IMG/VR virus record: IMGVR_UViG_2740892107_000002
DNA: 38,912 bases
DNA from: a virus
Lineage: Duplodnaviria > Heunggongvirae > Uroviricota > Caudoviricetes
Reading direction: 5' to 3' (one strand)
Shown here piece by piece: positions 36,872 through 38,912 of this stretch. Within the stretch, counting starts at the first letter, position 1, and every line of letters begins with the position of its first letter. A program made the position numbers and the translations under genes. The notes beneath the pieces are model-generated. The model ran no database searches. It saw only the letters and a list, made by a program, of their open reading frames with translations, and was not told the origin of the DNA.

Positions 36872-37321
36872 ATGCAGAAAAAACGCCTGATACAGCTTAT
36901 CCATATTGCCCGTAATGAACTGGGTATGGATGAAGACACCTACCGCCAGATGTTACAGGGGCTGACCGGTAAAGCCTCAACCAAAGGAATGGATACCACA
37001 CAACTAAACTGCGTGCTGGAATCCATGAAAAAGAAAGGCTTTCGCGTTAAACCAGCCAGAAAAGCCAGCTCCGGTTTACCGCTGGATAACCATCCGCAGT
37101 CCAGGAAAATTCGTGCGCTATGGCTTGAAATGGCTGCTGCCGGCATTGTTCGTGACCGTTCAGAAAATGCATTAGCGAGGTGGATCAAGCGGGAAACGGG
37201 CATCAGCGCCCTGCGCTGGCTCAGTACTGAACAGGCAAGCAGTGTTATTGAGAAACTGAAGAAGTGGCAGCGCAGAGCTGCGGGAGTCAAACATGAGCGA
37301 CCTGAATCAGTTTCGAAGTAA
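36872..37321 (+). CDS. GemA-like protein (Mu gp16 family)
   Basis: 149 aa; N-terminal KKRLIQLIHIARNELGMDEDTYRQMLQ pattern; positioned directly before mor as in Mu. Confidence 0.65.
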   Translation: MQKKRLIQLIHIARNELGMDEDTYRQMLQGLTGKASTKGMDTTQLNCVLESMKKKGFRVKPARKASSGLPLDNHPQSRKIRALWLEMAAAGIVRDRSENALARWIKRETGISALRWLSTEQASSVIEKLKKWQRRAAGVKHERPESVSK

Positions 37322-37682
37322 GGGGCCGGAACTCCTGGTGGAACTGGCACAGCATACCTCTGAGACCGTTCGCGAGATTATTGATATTGAGCCCGAAGTT
37401 GCCGACCAGATTGGTCAGGCCGTCGCGAACCGAATGATGCAGGTCTGGGGCGGGCAAAACGTTTATTTCCCGATGGGCATGGTATGGAAGGTCAGTCAGC
37501 GCGACCGGGAAATCTTCAGGGAGTTTAACGGACGCAACCACCACGAACTGGCCCGCAAATTTGGTGTTTCGCTTCAGTGGGTCTACAGCGTGGTTAAGCG
37601 GGTAAGAAAAGAAGAACTGGATCGGATGCAGGGCAAGCTATTTGCTGATGAACCCGATGCAGATACGGAGAAAAAAGAGTAA
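37293..37682 (+). CDS. Mor/C-family transcriptional activator
   Basis: 129 aa; C-terminal HTH region (FNGRNHHELARKFGVSLQWVYSVVKRVRK) resembles Mu Mor; last gene of the early operon. Confidence 0.8.
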   Translation: MSDLNQFRSKGPELLVELAQHTSETVREIIDIEPEVADQIGQAVANRMMQVWGGQNVYFPMGMVWKVSQRDREIFREFNGRNHHELARKFGVSLQWVYSVVKRVRKEELDRMQGKLFADEPDADTEKKE

Positions 37683-37711
37683 TATCTGCAATCAGGCTGG
37701 CGCGAGTTCTG

Positions 37712-37768
<57 letters not shown>

Positions 37769-37769
37769 A

Positions 37770-37844
<75 letters not shown>

Positions 37845-37850
37845 CCATTT
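37845..37850. repeat. target-site duplication, right copy (CCATTT)
   Basis: CCATTT immediately after the CA terminus at 37844. Confidence 0.6.
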
Positions 37851-37861
37851 GTAACGAAGAA

Positions 37862-37887
37862 CAGCCAACCGTTGTGGCGGCTGGCTG
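37862..37887 (-). terminator. host araH (araFGH) terminator-like hairpin
   Basis: Minus strand CAGCCAGCC-N8-GGTTGGCTG followed by TTCTTCGTT, downstream of the araH stop and just outside the prophage. Confidence 0.4.
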
Positions 37888-37925
37888 TGGAGGAAAAAAG
37901 CGCTAAATTGTTGCAGAAAAAAGCA

Positions 37926-38912
37926 TCAGACAGTGCGTTTCGCTTTTTGCTTGTAACGGTCGAAGATCACCGCTGCCAGCAGGATTAAGCCGCGAACCAC
38001 GTACTGCGCGAAAGGAGAAATATTAAGCAGGTTCATGGCGTTCTCCACGGTGCCTAAAATTAAGATACCCGCCACCACATATGAGATTTTTCCGATGCCG
38101 CCTTTCAGAGAAACGCCACCTAAAACGCAGGCGGAGATCACAATCAGCTCATAACCAATCGACGTCATTGGCTGCCCACTGGTCATACGTGAAGCCAGAA
38201 TAATTCCGGCTATCGCTGATACCAGGCCAGAGAGAACAAAGATAATAATTTTGGTGCGAACAACCGGTACACCCGCCAGACGCGCAGCCTCTTCGTTCCC
38301 GCCAATCGCCAGGGTATTACGACCAAAGGTGGTTTTATTCAGCAGCAAGCCAAAGATGATCAAACACGCGACGGTGAGCCAGATTGGCGCAGGCAGACCG
38401 AACCAGTTGGCGTAACCAAGGGCAAAGAAGCTTTCATCTTCGATACCGACCGCTTTACCGTCTGAAATGATGTACGCCAGACCTCGAACAATCTGCATCG
38501 TTGCCAGTGTCGTGATCAGGGCATTTATTTTGAGTTTGGCGATAACAAAGCCATTGACCAGACCACAGAGAATGCCCAGCAGCAACCCCGCTGCCACGCC
38601 AATCCACAGGCTTTCAGTCAGATTAATAACCACCGCCGTGGTGACACCCGCACAGGCAATTACGGAGGCGACAGAAAGGTCAAAGTCACCGGAAGCAAGG
38701 CAGAACAACATGCCACAAGCCACCATCCCCGACATGGAAATTGCCAGGCCCAACCCTTTCATATTAATGAAGGTGGCAAAATTTGGGACAAAAATGGCAC
38801 AGGCGATAAAAAGCACCGCAAACACCACCAGCATGCCGTACTGATCCCAGATACGCCCGAAGCTGAATGACGACTTAGGTGCGCCAGAACCCGATGTAGA
38901 AACAGAAGACAT
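37926..38912 (-). CDS. araH: L-arabinose ABC transporter permease
   Basis: 328 aa, full length, matches AraH as recalled; multi-TM permease; ATG at 38912. Confidence 0.93.
   Translation of the reverse strand: MSSVSTSGSGAPKSSFSFGRIWDQYGMLVVFAVLFIACAIFVPNFATFINMKGLGLAISMSGMVACGMLFCLASGDFDLSVASVIACAGVTTAVVINLTESLWIGVAAGLLLGILCGLVNGFVIAKLKINALITTLATMQIVRGLAYIISDGKAVGIEDESFFALGYANWFGLPAPIWLTVACLIIFGLLLNKTTFGRNTLAIGGNEEAARLAGVPVVRTKIIIFVLSGLVSAIAGIILASRMTSGQPMTSIGYELIVISACVLGGVSLKGGIGKISYVVAGILILGTVENAMNLLNISPFAQYVVRGLILLAAVIFDRYKQKAKRTV

Overview
The window is a complete Mu-like transposable prophage of about 36.95 kb (approx. 893..37844) inserted in the short intergenic region between two intact host genes, otsB (1..801, -) and araH (37926..38912, -). 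No homology search could be run; all calls come from reading the ORF translations, recalled protein families, gene order and DNA motifs. The prophage has TG...CA ends with matching terminal motifs (TGAT + GATAAATG) and is flanked by a CCATTT direct repeat. Late genes lie on the minus strand in Mu order: lysis cassette (holin-like, transglycosylase, Rz with embedded Rz1), gp27-like small terminase, large terminase, portal, F, G, I protease/scaffold, capsid, sheath, tube, frameshifted tail chaperone, tape measure, baseplate D/V/W/J/I, tail fibre. The otsB-proximal end carries a Gin/Pin-family invertase and an invertible region with three alternative tail-fibre C-termini and three gix/hix-like crossover sites. 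The early operon is on the plus strand (ner-like, DDE transposase, MuB-like ATPase, Gam, MazG-like, GemA, Mor) and is divergent from the c-type repressor, i.e. inverted as a block relative to canonical Mu. The best candidate for an undescribed system is the low-GC accessory island between the lysis cassette and the repressor (26237..28514): a P-loop-motif protein, two small unknown ORFs with head-to-head overlapping start codons, and an orphan Dam-like methyltransferase. Its function cannot be assigned from sequence alone. Other points of interest are a conserved late-promoter element present twice, a palindromic operator in the early promoter, a +1/-2 tail-chaperone frameshift, and 168-bp tandem repeats in the fibre gene. 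No tRNA, rRNA or CRISPR array was seen.
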